Below are positions 1 to 10,805 of a stretch of 64,000 bases of DNA, in pieces. A program made the position numbers and the translations under genes. The stretch spans positions 1,164,862-1,228,861 of the forward strand of contig CAWELD010000010.1 of the NCBI GenBank assembly GCA_963809895.1, given 5' to 3'. This DNA comes from an uncultured Gemmatimonadales bacterium. GTDB lineage: Bacteria; Gemmatimonadota; Gemmatimonadetes; Longimicrobiales; Gaopeijiaceae. The stretch's first letter is position 1. Each line of letters begins with the position of its first letter. The notes under the pieces are model-generated. The model made no database searches and was not told the origin of the DNA. It saw only the letters and a program-made list of their open reading frames with translations.

Positions 1-500
1 GGCGCACGGCGCTGGAGGTGAGTCGACTGGCCCGCGAGGTGGATTCCGACGCCAGGATCTACGACCAGACCACCATGGAGCGGCACCTGGCCGTGGTCCT
101 CTTCCCGGCCAGGGCGTCGGCGCTGGCAGCCTCCGTGTTCGCGGGTCTGGCGCTGCTGCTGGCGGCCATCGGGCTGTACGGCGTCGTCAGCTACGCCGTG
201 TCGAGGAAGACGCGCGAAGTGGGGATCCGCATGTCGTTGGGCGCCGAAAGCGGGCAGGTGGTGAGGATGCTCATGGCGCACGGACTCCGGCTGGTCGTCG
301 TGGGGGGCGTGCTGGGCATGCTGCTGTCGGCCCTGGGCGCCCGGGTGCTGGCCCGGTTCCTCTACGGCGTCACGGCGCTGGACCCGCTGACGTTCTTCGG
401 GACCGGCGGGGTGCTGCTGGCGGTGGCCGTGCTGGCGGCATGGGTTCCGGCCAGACGCGTGGCGCGCGTGGACCCGGTGCGGGCGCTCAAGGTGGAGTAG
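1..500 (+). CDS. ABC transporter permease (MacB/FtsX, ADOP-type), C-terminal part, 5' end outside window
   Basis: Ends with the FtsX signature GLYGVVSYAVSRKTREVGIRMSLGA...ARVDPVRALKVE; the frame is open from the window start. Confidence 0.9.
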   Translation, partial: RTALEVSRLAREVDSDARIYDQTTMERHLAVVLFPARASALAASVFAGLALLLAAIGLYGVVSYAVSRKTREVGIRMSLGAESGQVVRMLMAHGLRLVVVGGVLGMLLSALGARVLARFLYGVTALDPLTFFGTGGVLLAVAVLAAWVPARRVARVDPVRALKVE

Positions 501-503
501 AGG

Positions 504-3197
504 GTGTCCATGCCGCCGCCACGGGCGCGGGCTCTGCTCCGCAGGCTCCTGCCTCCGGAGGACCGGGAGGTCTTTCCCGCCGAGCTGGACGAGCTCTTTC
601 GCATGCGGGTCGAGCGAACGGGACGGGCGCGAGCCCGATGGTGGTATCGGCGACAGATCGTGGATCTGGCGCGTCGGCGCCTGGGCGGGCGAGCCGTTCG
701 GGCCATGAGAACCGTGACGGGGATCCTGGGAGGGTTCGTCGATATGGATGCGATCAAGCGCGACGTAGCCTACGCAGTGCGGCGCATGCTCAAGACGCCG
801 GGCTTCACCCTGGTGGCCGTGCTGTCGTTGGCCCTGGGAATCGGTGCCAACACGGCCATGTTCAGCGTGGTCAACGCGGTGCTCTTCCGGAAGCCACCGT
901 TCCGGGCTCCCGAGGAGCTGATGGAGGTCTACACGTCGGAGAGCGCCGGGTACCTCTACTCGACCTCGTCCCAGCCCGACGCTCGTGACCTGCGCGCGGC
1001 CGCCTCGCAGGACGGAATCTTCCAGGACGTGGTGGCCAGTGAGACCTTCATCGCCAACGCGGGCGAGCCGGGCGAGAGCCAGATCGTGTTCGGCGAAGCC
1101 GTGTCCGCCACCCTCTTCGACGTGCTCGGCATCCAGCCGGTCGTGGGACGCGCGTTCACGCCCGATGAGGACGACGCCCCGGGTGAGGGCGCCGTGGCGG
1201 TGCTCGGCTACGGCTTCTGGCGGCAGACCTTCGGCGGAGATCCCGGCGTCGTGGGGCGGAGCCTGCGCCTGAACCAGCGGGACTACACGATCGTAGGCGT
1301 CGCCCCCGAGTGGTACACGGGCGCCTTCCCGGCCTTTCGCACCGGTGTCTTCGTGCCCACGAGCATGGTGGACGATCTCCACGGCGGGAGCGCACGCTGG
1401 GACAGCCGTGGCAACCGGGGTGCCTTTCTCAAGGCGCGCCTGGCGCCGGGCGTGACGGCGGAGCAGGCCCAGACGTGGCTCACCCGTTTCAGCGCCGAGC
1501 AGGCCACGCGCTACCCCGAGACCAATCAGGACCGGGTCATGACGCTGGTGCCTTCGGCGAAGGTGGCGGTGCACCCACTGGTGGACGGGGCTCTCACGCC
1601 GGTGGCGGCGCTTCTGTTGGTGGTGGTGGCGATCGTGCTCCTGATCGCGTGCACGAACCTGGCGGCCTTTCTGCTGGCCCGCGCCGAAGCGCGTCGCGCC
1701 GAGATCGCGGTCCGGCTGTCGCTGGGTGCCGGCCGCCTGGTTCTGATCCGCCAGCTCCTGGTTGAGACGGTGCTGCTGGCGTTCCTGGGAGGGCTGGGCG
1801 GCCTCCTGCTGGCCCACTGGACGGTTGCGCTCCTGGTGGGATTCCGTCCGCCCATTCCGCTCCCGCTGAGCCTCGAGTTTCCCCTGGACGGGCGCGTGCT
1901 CGGCTACACGCTGGGGATTTCCCTGTTGGCCGGGCTCCTCTTCGGCCTGGCTCCGGCGCTGCAGTCGACGCGGGGCGAGCTGGTGACCACACTTCGTGCC
2001 GACGGGGGGCGCAGCGGGGGAGGGCGAGGGCGTCTGAGAGGCGTCCTGGTGGTGGCGCAGGTCGCGCTGTCACTGGTCCTGCTCGTGGGCTCGGGCCTCT
2101 TTCTGCGATCCCTGCAGAAGGCGCAGCACATCGACCCGGGCTTCTACACGGGACACGCGGCGCTGCTGTGGCCCCAGATGGAGTTGAGCGGGCTCTCCGA
2201 GGCGGAGGCCCGCGCCTTCTATGCGGAGCTCGAGCGGCGCCTGGAGGCGCGGCCCGAGGTCGAGGCGGTGACCTACACGGACGTGCTGCCTCTGGGCTTC
2301 AGCATCAGCCTGTCGTCGCTGGACATTCCTGACGCCGCGGTGCCGTCGGCGAGGGCCGACGGCGTGTTCGACGTGGATCGCGCCTGGGTGGCGGACGACT
2401 TCTTCGACGCCATGGAGATTCCGCTGCTGCGTGGTCGAGGCTTCGAGCCGCAGGATGCGGAGTCCGGCGAGGGCGTGGCCATCGTGAGCCAGGCCTTCGT
2501 GGACCACTTCTGGCCGGGTCAGGAAGCGCTGGGTCGCACCGTCACCAGTGGCAGCCGGACGGTGCGTGTGGTCGGGGTCGCCCGGGACACGAAGGTCCGC
2601 AGCCTCGGGGAGGATCCGCGCCCGCGCATCTACTTCGATGCGGGCCAGCAGTACCTGGAGGGCGTGCAGTGGATCGTGAAGGGACCGGGACCCAGCGGCG
2701 AGTTGCTGCGCATGGCCCGCGACGAGGCGTTGGCGATGCAGCCGAACCTGGTCTTCTTCGATCAGCGCACCATGGAGGAGCAGATGGCCGTCCAGCTGTT
2801 CCCGCCGCGCATGGCGGCGCTGCTCCTGTCGGTCTTCGGTGGCCTGGCGCTGCTGCTGGCCGCCGTGGGGATCTGGGGCGTGGTGAGCCATGCCGTGGCA
2901 CGCCGCACCCGTGAGGTGGGCATCCGCGTGTCCCTGGGCGCCACCGGCGGCCAGGTCGTGAAGCTCCTGGTGGCCAACGGGATGCGCCTGGTGGGCATGG
3001 GCGTGGTGGTGGGTCTCGTCCTGGCGGCGGGGGCCGGATTCCTCATCGCCCGCTTCCTCTACGGCGTGGGCGCCCTGGACGTGGCGACCTTCCTGGGCAT
3101 CCCCACTCTTCTGGTGGGCGTGGCCCTCGCCGCGGCGTTGGTGCCGGCGCGCCGGGCAGCCCGGGTGGATCCGGTGCGGGCGCTCCGGGCCGAGTAG
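504..3197 (+). CDS. ABC transporter permease, duplicated MacB-PCD/FtsX (ADOP family)
   Basis: KTPGFTLVAVLSLALGIGANTAMFSVVNAVL, LLIACTNLA, EIAVRLSLGAGR, C-terminal DPVRALRAE; start 504 (GTG) or 510 (ATG). Confidence 0.92.
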   Translation: MSMPPPRARALLRRLLPPEDREVFPAELDELFRMRVERTGRARARWWYRRQIVDLARRRLGGRAVRAMRTVTGILGGFVDMDAIKRDVAYAVRRMLKTPGFTLVAVLSLALGIGANTAMFSVVNAVLFRKPPFRAPEELMEVYTSESAGYLYSTSSQPDARDLRAAASQDGIFQDVVASETFIANAGEPGESQIVFGEAVSATLFDVLGIQPVVGRAFTPDEDDAPGEGAVAVLGYGFWRQTFGGDPGVVGRSLRLNQRDYTIVGVAPEWYTGAFPAFRTGVFVPTSMVDDLHGGSARWDSRGNRGAFLKARLAPGVTAEQAQTWLTRFSAEQATRYPETNQDRVMTLVPSAKVAVHPLVDGALTPVAALLLVVVAIVLLIACTNLAAFLLARAEARRAEIAVRLSLGAGRLVLIRQLLVETVLLAFLGGLGGLLLAHWTVALLVGFRPPIPLPLSLEFPLDGRVLGYTLGISLLAGLLFGLAPALQSTRGELVTTLRADGGRSGGGRGRLRGVLVVAQVALSLVLLVGSGLFLRSLQKAQHIDPGFYTGHAALLWPQMELSGLSEAEARAFYAELERRLEARPEVEAVTYTDVLPLGFSISLSSLDIPDAAVPSARADGVFDVDRAWVADDFFDAMEIPLLRGRGFEPQDAESGEGVAIVSQAFVDHFWPGQEALGRTVTSGSRTVRVVGVARDTKVRSLGEDPRPRIYFDAGQQYLEGVQWIVKGPGPSGELLRMARDEALAMQPNLVFFDQRTMEEQMAVQLFPPRMAALLLSVFGGLALLLAAVGIWGVVSHAVARRTREVGIRVSLGATGGQVVKLLVANGMRLVGMGVVVGLVLAAGAGFLIARFLYGVGALDVATFLGIPTLLVGVALAAALVPARRAARVDPVRALRAE

Positions 3198-3218
3198 GTC
3201 GCCGTTGGGCGGCGCCCG

Positions 3219-4142
3219 TTACGGGGACGGCGACCCGCCGGTGCGCCGGCCCGACAGCATGGGATTGTCCAGCTCGTCCCGGATCAGGAAGGTCATGACG
3301 CCGTCGTCGTCCTCGGCGAACTCGACAGTGGAGCCTTCCATGGTCTCCACCAGCTCGCCGTCCTCCATGAGCCCGGGCTGGAAGATGCCCGGCGCCAGCG
3401 GGAGGAGCATGATCTCGGTGGGCTCCGGTTCTCCGGTCTCGCCCGGGAACATGGTGGTGGCCCGCAGCGTGCCGTCGTCGCGATGCACGATGTCCATCGG
3501 CGCCGGGGGAGGAGCGTCCACGCCGTCCGGCAGGCTCGCCGGACCCAGCTCGTAATGGCCCACGTACGGCGCGGCCTCTTCATCGGTGACCATCCGGCGT
3601 TGCGACGGCTGCACCTCGATCTTCATGGGCACGGTCGTGGTGCCCCACGCCAACTCGAGCGTGGTGCCCGAGGTGTCGTAGCTCGGGAAGCTGAAGGTCA
3701 GAACCTCGACCGGATCCCCCTTCCGGGGCGTGACGGGGAAGCGGATCTGGTCGTCGGTGGGTTCGGGATGCTGGGTGTGGAACATCTTCACCCGGGGATC
3801 CAGCACCAGCTCCCACTGGTCCGGGTTCACCACCATCCACACGGAATACGTGCCCATGGGGACGTCGTGCCCCTCGAGCTCGATGTCCTTGTTGAGGTCG
3901 AGCGTGGTCGCCCAGTTGGCTCCCGGCGTCCACACCTCGCCCCACGTCACCACCTCACCGAACAGATCCGAGCGTCCGCGGGCCCGCGGACGGGAGTATT
4001 CCAGGGTGATGACGGTGCCGTCCACCGTCTGCGACACGGTGGCACGCTCGCTGGCACGGATCTGGGCGTGGGTGGGGCGGGGGCATCCGATGAGGAGCCC
4101 GGCAGCGAGGGCGAGCGCCCCCGGTACGCGAGAGGCGTGCAT
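3219..4142 (-). CDS. DUF2911 domain secreted protein
   Basis: Signal peptide, then RASERATVSQTVDG-ITLEYSRPRARGR-LFG-VWTPGANWAT; ATG at 4142 lies inside the longer ORF 3219..5018. Confidence 0.85.
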   Translation of the reverse strand: MHASRVPGALALAAGLLIGCPRPTHAQIRASERATVSQTVDGTVITLEYSRPRARGRSDLFGEVVTWGEVWTPGANWATTLDLNKDIELEGHDVPMGTYSVWMVVNPDQWELVLDPRVKMFHTQHPEPTDDQIRFPVTPRKGDPVEVLTFSFPSYDTSGTTLELAWGTTTVPMKIEVQPSQRRMVTDEEAAPYVGHYELGPASLPDGVDAPPPAPMDIVHRDDGTLRATTMFPGETGEPEPTEIMLLPLAPGIFQPGLMEDGELVETMEGSTVEFAEDDDGVMTFLIRDELDNPMLSGRRTGGSPSP

Positions 4143-4174
4143 GGAAGGTTCTGGATGGGGGGGATCGTGCCCGA

Positions 4175-4639
4175 CTACATGCGGCCGGGGTGGTGCTTCA
4201 TTTCTCCTGCGCCCCCGAAGCGGGCGTCGATGGCGTTGCGGATCTGGTCCAGCGACTGGCCCTCCTGGTAGCGGCGGTACGCCAGCCGGCCCTGCCCCTG
4301 GCAGATGGGACAGAACTTGGCCATGCCCCCCTCTTCGTAGCAGGTGAGGAGGGAGCGATACCCCGGCAGATCCGCGCACCCGCAGTGGCAGCGGATGCCA
4401 TCCACGATCTGGGGGATCTCCCGCACGCCGTCGTAGATGGGAATGACGTCGGGCACGTCCTGGAGGTCCTCCGGCTTCAGCACGTGCGAGGCATCGATCC
4501 CGGGGCGGGGATCGGGGTGGTCCGGGCCCGGCCGCGGAGGGATGACGCTGGCGCGCAGCGGACGCGCAAGCGCCGCCAGCGCCACGGCCGCAGCCGGCAG
4601 CGCCGCCAGGAACTGGCGTCGGGAGGGTTGATCGCACAT
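4175..4639 (-). CDS. PCYCGC-like cysteine-motif protein with Tat signal
   Basis: SRRQFL twin-arginine signal; IRCHCGC...SLLTCY...CPICQ...IRNAID matches the PCYCGC family pattern. Confidence 0.75.
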   Translation of the reverse strand: MCDQPSRRQFLAALPAAAVALAALARPLRASVIPPRPGPDHPDPRPGIDASHVLKPEDLQDVPDVIPIYDGVREIPQIVDGIRCHCGCADLPGYRSLLTCYEEGGMAKFCPICQGQGRLAYRRYQEGQSLDQIRNAIDARFGGAGEMKHHPGRM

Positions 4640-4740
4640 GGCTGTCTCGGAGGGCTGAATGAATGCCGCTAACATAGCGCGCGGCGATTCGTGGGGTAAA
4701 GACCGGCCTGGACCCTTCCGCATCGATCCCGGTCCGTTTA

Positions 4741-4797
4741 TCGTATCGAACCGATACGACGCGCCGCCCCGGTCCCCAATGGCCGGGGCGGCGTGTC
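4741..4797. promoter_or_regulatory. Two adjacent inverted repeats upstream of greA (possible leader or attenuator structure)
   Basis: TCGTATCG-AAC-CGATACGA (4741-4759), then a 15-bp GC-rich stem GACGCGCCGCCCCGG/CCGGGGCGGCGTGTC (4758-4797); no U-tract. Confidence 0.4.
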
Positions 4798-4841
4798 ACA
4801 TACGCCTCCACCGTCCCGTCTCCCGCAAGCGGTGAACAGCC

Positions 4842-5336
4842 ATGTTGGACGAGATTCGCGACAAGATCGAAGCAGAGATCGTCCGGTTGACCCAGGAGCT
4901 CAACGTGGAGCTTCCGGCTCGCATCAAGACCGCCGTGGAGCACGGCGATCTGCGAGAGAACGCCGAATACAAGTCCGCGCTGGAGCGCCAACAGTTCGTG
5001 CAGGCGCGCATCGGGCACCTCCAGCAGCGCATGTCGGAGCTCTCCAAGATCGATGTCAGCGCCATGCCGCTGGACCGCGTCGGGTTCGGCTCGAAGGTGA
5101 AGCTCTTCGATGCCTTCATGGAGGAAGAGGTGGAGTTCACCATCGTCGCGGGGGATTTCATGGACCTCGACGGCGGCCAGGTGTCCATCGCCTCACCCAT
5201 CGGCCGGGGTCTTCTCGGCGCCCGTGAGGGTGAGGAGGTCGTGATCGCCCTCCCCGTGGGGGACCGCACGTTCAAGGTGCTGGAGCTCACGACGCTCCCG
5301 CAGCAGGTGGGGGTGGAGGCCGAAGACCAGGGCTAG
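4842..5336 (+). CDS. greA: Transcription elongation factor GreA
   Basis: HGDLRENAEYKSA and SIASPIGRGLLG motifs. Confidence 0.93.
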   Translation: MLDEIRDKIEAEIVRLTQELNVELPARIKTAVEHGDLRENAEYKSALERQQFVQARIGHLQQRMSELSKIDVSAMPLDRVGFGSKVKLFDAFMEEEVEFTIVAGDFMDLDGGQVSIASPIGRGLLGAREGEEVVIALPVGDRTFKVLELTTLPQQVGVEAEDQG

Positions 5337-5432
5337 CCCTGGCCACGGAGCTTCGAGGACGCGGCATTCGGGAAGGATCCCGGCCGCCGGGGGTAGTGGC
5401 GCGCTCCGACCTCATCTCGCCACACCCGCCCC

Positions 5433-6176
5433 ATGAGCCGACCATCCCATCCCTCCTCTCCTCGACCGGGAGTTGCAGGCTCCGGGTCCGACGAGGTCGT
5501 GCTCCGCGTCCGGGATCTGACCCGTCGTTACCGCGAGGGTGAGCGCGAGCACACGGTCCTGGACGGCGCGTCGGCGGAGATCCGCCGGGGCGAGCTGGTC
5601 GTCCTGCTCGGGCCCAGCGGGAGCGGCAAGTCCACCCTGCTCAATCTCGTGAGCGGGATCGACACACCCGACGGCGGGTGGATCGAGGTCGACGGCGTAC
5701 GCATCACCTCGCTGAACGAGCGCGAGCGCACGCTGTTCCGTCGCCGCCACATCGGCTTCGTCTTCCAGTTCTTCAACCTCCTGCCCACCCTGACGGTGCT
5801 GGAGAACCTCCTCCTTCCCCTGGAGCTCAAGGGATCGGTGGGCCCCGACGAGACGGCCCGTGCCCGGAGCCTGCTGGAACGCGTCGGGCTCCAGGACCGC
5901 GCCCACACCTTCCCGGATCGGCTCTCGGGAGGCGAGCAGCAGCGGGTGGCCCTGGTGCGGGCGCTGGTCCACGAGCCGGCGCTGGTGCTGGCGGACGAGC
6001 CCACGGGCAATCTGGATCCCGACACCGGTGAGCGGATCCTCACGCTCCTGGAGGAGCTCGTGCGGGAGCACGGGCGCACGGTGCTGGCGGTGACCCACTC
6101 CCGTGACGTGGCTGCCCGGGCCGATCGGGTTGTGCGCATCGACCACGGCCGGCTCGTGGAGGCCGAGGTCCGGTGA
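5433..6176 (+). CDS. ABC transporter ATP-binding protein (LolD/MacB-like)
   Basis: [31 protein letters not shown]. Confidence 0.95.
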   Translation: MSRPSHPSSPRPGVAGSGSDEVVLRVRDLTRRYREGEREHTVLDGASAEIRRGELVVLLGPSGSGKSTLLNLVSGIDTPDGGWIEVDGVRITSLNERERTLFRRRHIGFVFQFFNLLPTLTVLENLLLPLELKGSVGPDETARARSLLERVGLQDRAHTFPDRLSGGEQQRVALVRALVHEPALVLADEPTGNLDPDTGERILTLLEELVREHGRTVLAVTHSRDVAARADRVVRIDHGRLVEAEVR

Positions 6177-8704
6177 GCCTGCTGCGCCGCGCCTCGAGCC
6201 GGTGGTTGGTCCGGCATCCGGGCCAGCTGGTCCTGACCGTGGCCGGCGTGGCCATGGGCGTCGCCGTGGTGGTGGCCATCGACCTCGCCATCCAGAGCGC
6301 GCGCGAGGCGTTTCGGCTGTCCACCGAGGCGGTGGCCGGGCGCGCCACCCATCGCGTCGAGGGCGGGCCCGGAGGGCTGGCGCCGGCGGTGTTCACGCAC
6401 CTGCGCGTCGACCTGGCCCTCCGACGGTCGGCGCCGGTGGTGGAGGGATACGCCAGCACGCCGCGACTGCCGGGCGTGGCCCTCCGCCTGCTCGGCGTCG
6501 ACCCCTTCTCCGAGCGGCCCTTCCGGCCCTGGGTGGCCACCGGCGAGGGTGGACCGGCGATGTCGGTCCTGCTCACCCAGCCCGACGCGGTGGTGCTCTC
6601 GCGGGGCATGGCGGAGCGGGCCTCGCTCGAAGTCGGGGACACCTTCCCGCTGGTGGTGCAGGGCCGGAGCCACCGCGCCGTCCTGGCGGGCCTCCTGACG
6701 CCCACCGACCGGCTGGGGCGCCAGGGTCTGAGCGACGTGGTGCTGGCCGACGTGGCCACGGCCCAGAACCTGGTGGGTCTGGGGGATCGCCTGTCGGCCA
6801 TCGACCTGATCCTGGACAGCGTGCCCGCGAGTCGGGTCGAGGCGGAGCTCCCTCCCGGTGTGGTGCTCCGGCCCGTGGGAACGCGGACCGACGCCCTGGA
6901 GGGGATGCTCAAGGCCTTCGACCTGAATCTCACCGCGCTGAGCCTGCTGGCGCTGGTCTTCGGCATGTTCCTCATCTACAACGCCATGACCTTCTCCGTC
7001 GTCCAGCGCAGGGGCCTGCTGGGGGCGTTGCGCGCCATCGGCGTGACCCGGGGAGAGATCCTGGCCATGGTGGGCTCGGAGGCGGTGCTCACCGGTGCCA
7101 TGGGCGTGATCCTGGGACTCCTCGGTGGGGTGATCCTGGGCCGGGGGCTGGTCCGGTTGGTGACGCGCACGGTGAACGACCTGTATTTCGTCGTCTCGGT
7201 GGAAGGCCTGTCCGTGCCGCCGGGCGTGCTCCTGAAAGGTGCGGCCATGGGGCTGGGGGCGACGCTGCTGGCGGCCCTGCCGGCGGTATGGGAGGCCGTG
7301 GGATCCCCGCCTCGGGCGACGCTCACCCGCTCGGTGGTGGAAGAACGGGTGCGACGGCTGGTGCCCATGGCCGCGGCGCTGGGCAGCGGGACGGGAGCGG
7401 TGGGTGGCCTCCTCCTGATCCTGCCGTCACGGTCCGTGGTCCTCTCCTTCGCCGGTCTGTTCGGCATCCTCCTGGGAATCGCCCTGCTCACGCCCCTGGC
7501 CACGGTGCTGTTGGTGCGGGTGGTGACGCCCCTGCTGGGGCGCACCGTGGGCATCCTGGGCACCATGGCGGCCCGTGGCGTCGCCGCGGCGTTGTCCAGG
7601 ACCGCTCCGGCCATGGCGGCGCTGGTGGTGGCCGTGGCGGTGACCGTGGGTCTGGGCGTGATGATCTCGTCGTTCAGGAGCACGGTGGCGCGCTGGCTCG
7701 ACCACACGCTGCAGGCCGACGTGTACGTCTCGCCGCCGTCGCCGGTGGCGTCGAGGGCCGACGGATCGCTGGACCCCGGTGTCGTCGAGCGGCTCACGTC
7801 GGCGCCGTTCCTCGCGGGGGTGAGCACCTACCGCGGCGTGGAGATGGAGACGGAGTACGGCGTGACGCGGGTGGTGGCGCTGGATCTGGATCCCCGGGGA
7901 GAGCGGGCCTTTCGCTTCCTCGAGGGCCGCCCCGGGGAGGCCTTCACGGCCTTCCGGAGCGGGGGCGGGCTGCTGGTCTCGGAGCCGTTCGCCTACCGGC
8001 AACGCTTGCAGGTGGGGGACTCGGTGCGACTGCCGACCCGCGCGGGCGAGAGGGCCTTTCCCGTGGCCGGTGTCTTCTCCGACTACGGCTCCGACCAGGG
8101 CGTGGTCATGATGGCGCGGGCCACCTGGAGTCGACACTTCGACGATCCCGGCGTCACCTCGCTGGGCCTGTTTCTGGCGGCGGGCGTCGATTCCGAGGCC
8201 GCCGTGGATTCGCTCCGGGCCCTGGTCGGACCCGACCAGGCGGTGGTGATCCGCTCCAACCAGGCGCTCCGGCAGGGCTCGCTCCAGGTGTTCGACCGGA
8301 CGTTCGCCATCACGGCGGTCCTGCGTGCCCTGGCCTTCGCGGTGGCGTTCATCGGCGTGCTGTCGGCCCTGATGGCGCTCCAGCTCGAGCGGGGCAGGGA
8401 GCTCGGGGTGCTCAGGGCCAACGGCCTGACCCCGGGGCAGGTGTGGGCGCTGGTGACCACCCAGACCGGCGTCCTGGGTCTGGTGGCGGGCGTGCTGGCG
8501 GTGCCTGCTGGCCTGGTCCTGGCCGCGGTCATGATCTTCGTCGTGAACCGCAGGTCGTTCGGGTGGACGCTGACCATGACGGTAGGTCCCGACGTCCTCC
8601 TCCAGGCCGTGGGACTGGCGGTGGCGGGGGCGCTGCTGGCGGGACTGTACCCGGCGTGGCGCATGGCACGCACCTCGCCGGCCCTGGCGCTGCGCTCCGA
8701 ATGA
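6173..8704 (+). CDS. FtsX-like ABC permease (AttF/G-like)
   Basis: Two FtsX repeats, [27 protein letters not shown] overlap with the ATPase gene. Confidence 0.88.
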   Translation: MSLLRRASSRWLVRHPGQLVLTVAGVAMGVAVVVAIDLAIQSAREAFRLSTEAVAGRATHRVEGGPGGLAPAVFTHLRVDLALRRSAPVVEGYASTPRLPGVALRLLGVDPFSERPFRPWVATGEGGPAMSVLLTQPDAVVLSRGMAERASLEVGDTFPLVVQGRSHRAVLAGLLTPTDRLGRQGLSDVVLADVATAQNLVGLGDRLSAIDLILDSVPASRVEAELPPGVVLRPVGTRTDALEGMLKAFDLNLTALSLLALVFGMFLIYNAMTFSVVQRRGLLGALRAIGVTRGEILAMVGSEAVLTGAMGVILGLLGGVILGRGLVRLVTRTVNDLYFVVSVEGLSVPPGVLLKGAAMGLGATLLAALPAVWEAVGSPPRATLTRSVVEERVRRLVPMAAALGSGTGAVGGLLLILPSRSVVLSFAGLFGILLGIALLTPLATVLLVRVVTPLLGRTVGILGTMAARGVAAALSRTAPAMAALVVAVAVTVGLGVMISSFRSTVARWLDHTLQADVYVSPPSPVASRADGSLDPGVVERLTSAPFLAGVSTYRGVEMETEYGVTRVVALDLDPRGERAFRFLEGRPGEAFTAFRSGGGLLVSEPFAYRQRLQVGDSVRLPTRAGERAFPVAGVFSDYGSDQGVVMMARATWSRHFDDPGVTSLGLFLAAGVDSEAAVDSLRALVGPDQAVVIRSNQALRQGSLQVFDRTFAITAVLRALAFAVAFIGVLSALMALQLERGRELGVLRANGLTPGQVWALVTTQTGVLGLVAGVLAVPAGLVLAAVMIFVVNRRSFGWTLTMTVGPDVLLQAVGLAVAGALLAGLYPAWRMARTSPALALRSE

Positions 8705-9903
8705 GGGGCTCGCGGATCCTGGCCGGGGTCGTGGCGCTGGCCGTGACGGCGTGGGCGGCCTGGCGCCTGGCGCGGCCCGCACCCGAATCCCCCGAACCCG
8801 GCGTGCGGCTGTCGCTGCTGGAGACGCTCGCCGGCACCGACACGGCGGGATTCCGTCGGGCGCTGGAGCCCCGTCCGTTCCGGTTTCCCCAGGACCACGG
8901 ACCCCATCCGGACTTCCGCAACGAGTGGTGGTACTTCACGGGGAACCTGGACGGACCCGGGGGACGACGCTTCGGCTTTCAACTCACGGTCTTTCGCAGC
9001 GCTCTGGCGCCGTCGCCGCCGGACCTCCCGTCCTCCTGGGCCACCAATCAGGTGTTCATGGGACACCTGGCGGTCACCGACGCGGCGGCCGGGACCTTCC
9101 GGGCCTTCGAGCGATTCGGACGCGGGGCAGTGGGGATCGCCGGCGCCGAGGCTCAGCCGTTCCGGGTCTGGGTCGACGACTGGAGCGTCCGCGGCCCGGG
9201 CGGTGGCGAGGACACGGGCGTGTGGCCCATGACGCTGGAGGCCGCAGACGGAGGGACCGGCATCCGCCTGATCGCGCGCCCCTCGGGCCCTCCGGTGGCC
9301 CAGGGAGAGCGTGGGTTGAGCAGGAAGGGGCCGCAGCCGGGCAACGCCTCGTACTACTACTCGTTCCCGCGGCTCGCGCTGGAGGGGATCGTTCGTGTCG
9401 GTGGCCGCGAGGTTCCGGTGACCGGCGAGGGATGGCTGGACCGGGAGTGGAGCACCAGCGCGCTGTCGGCGGGGCAGGTGGGGTGGGACTGGTTCGCGCT
9501 GCAACTCTCCGACGGGCGCGAGCTCATGGTGTACCGACTGCGGAGGTCCGACAGAGCCACGGACCCGTTCAGTGCGGGCATGCTGGTGGACGGGGAGGGG
9601 GATGGCACGCGCCTGGCCGCCGACGCGTTCGACGTCACCGCGACCGGAAGCTGGACGAGCCCCGTGGACGGCGCCACCTATCCTTCGGGCTGGCGGGTGG
9701 AGGTGCCCGGGCTGGGACTGGCCCTGAACGTGCAGCCCGTGCTGCGAGACCAGGAGTTGACGTTGAGCTTTCGATACTGGGAGGGCGCGGTGGACGTCAC
9801 AGGAACGTCTCGAGGCTCGCCGGTGCGGGGGCGTGGGTACGTGGAGCTCACGGGCTACGCGGGAGCCGAGGCGCCGGGCATGGGCTCGGAGGGAAGCCGG
9901 TGA
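8701..9903 (+). CDS. AttH/CrtC-like lipocalin-fold protein
   Basis: FPQDHGPHPDFRNEWWYFTGNL, SYYYSFPRL, WLDREWS, GWDWF, YWEGAV, GYVELTGY; ATGA overlap at 8701. Confidence 0.88.
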   Translation: MRGSRILAGVVALAVTAWAAWRLARPAPESPEPGVRLSLLETLAGTDTAGFRRALEPRPFRFPQDHGPHPDFRNEWWYFTGNLDGPGGRRFGFQLTVFRSALAPSPPDLPSSWATNQVFMGHLAVTDAAAGTFRAFERFGRGAVGIAGAEAQPFRVWVDDWSVRGPGGGEDTGVWPMTLEAADGGTGIRLIARPSGPPVAQGERGLSRKGPQPGNASYYYSFPRLALEGIVRVGGREVPVTGEGWLDREWSTSALSAGQVGWDWFALQLSDGRELMVYRLRRSDRATDPFSAGMLVDGEGDGTRLAADAFDVTATGSWTSPVDGATYPSGWRVEVPGLGLALNVQPVLRDQELTLSFRYWEGAVDVTGTSRGSPVRGRGYVELTGYAGAEAPGMGSEGSR

Positions 9904-10805
9904 TGGCGGAGCGAACCGTCGTGATCCTGAATCCCGAGGCGGGAGGCGGCGCGCAGGCCGACGAGCTCGTCGACCACGCGCGGGCCACGGAGGACTGGGC
10001 GCTGCAGCGCACCCGCGGGCCCGGCGACGCCACCGGACTCGCCCGCCAGGCGGCCCAAGACGGCGCTCGACTCGTGGTGGCGGCGGGCGGTGACGGCACC
10101 ATCCACGAGGTGGTGGCGGGCCTGGCCGAGGTGAACGACCCACCCCCGCTGGCCATCGTCCCCCTGGGCACCGGCAACGACCTGGCCCGTTCCCTGGGGA
10201 TCCCCCTCCAGCCCGGGCCGGCCATGGAGGTGATCCGACGGGGTAAGCGGCGCGTCCTGGACCTGGTGCGGGTGGAGCTGGACGGGCAGCCCCAGCTGTG
10301 TGTCAACGCCGTCACCGGAGGGTTCGGGGGCGCCGTCGGTGACGCGCTGGATGCCGACGCCAAGGGCCGGTGGGGGCCCCTGTCCTATCTGCGGTCGGCG
10401 GTGGAGCACAGCGGCGGGCTCGAGCCGTACGACGTGCGGGTCACGGTCGACGGTCGGCAGCACCGGCTGCGGGCGCTGAACGTGGTCGTGGCCAACGGCC
10501 GCTTCGCCGGACACGGGATCCCCATCGCTCCGCAAGCGGACCCCTTCGACGGGTGGATCGACGTGGCCGTGGTGCGGGACGCGCCGGTGCTGAAGCTATC
10601 TCGCCTGCTGCCCGCCCTTCTGCGAGGCGAGGCGCCGGACGACGAGCTCTTCTTCGTGGAGCGTGGCCGCGAGGTGACGGTGGAGTCGGAGGCGCCGGTG
10701 CCCTACAGCGTGGACGGCGAGCACGCCGAAGCGCGCCGCGCCACCTTCCGGGTTCAGCCGGCGGCGCTTCAGGTGCTCGTGCCTCCGGCCGGCGAAGGCG
10801 GCTGA
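9903..10805 (+). CDS. Diacylglycerol kinase family lipid kinase (YegS/DgkB-like)
   Basis: ILNPEAG, AAGGDGTIHEV, PLGTGNDLARSL, NGRFAG, SVDGE; TGATG overlap. Confidence 0.9.
   Translation: MAERTVVILNPEAGGGAQADELVDHARATEDWALQRTRGPGDATGLARQAAQDGARLVVAAGGDGTIHEVVAGLAEVNDPPPLAIVPLGTGNDLARSLGIPLQPGPAMEVIRRGKRRVLDLVRVELDGQPQLCVNAVTGGFGGAVGDALDADAKGRWGPLSYLRSAVEHSGGLEPYDVRVTVDGRQHRLRALNVVVANGRFAGHGIPIAPQADPFDGWIDVAVVRDAPVLKLSRLLPALLRGEAPDDELFFVERGREVTVESEAPVPYSVDGEHAEARRATFRVQPAALQVLVPPAGEGG

Noticed and set aside
6103..8700. N-terminal extension making a 1266-aa AttH fusion
   Set aside because: It is an alternate frame over the permease; the real start is the ATG at 8701
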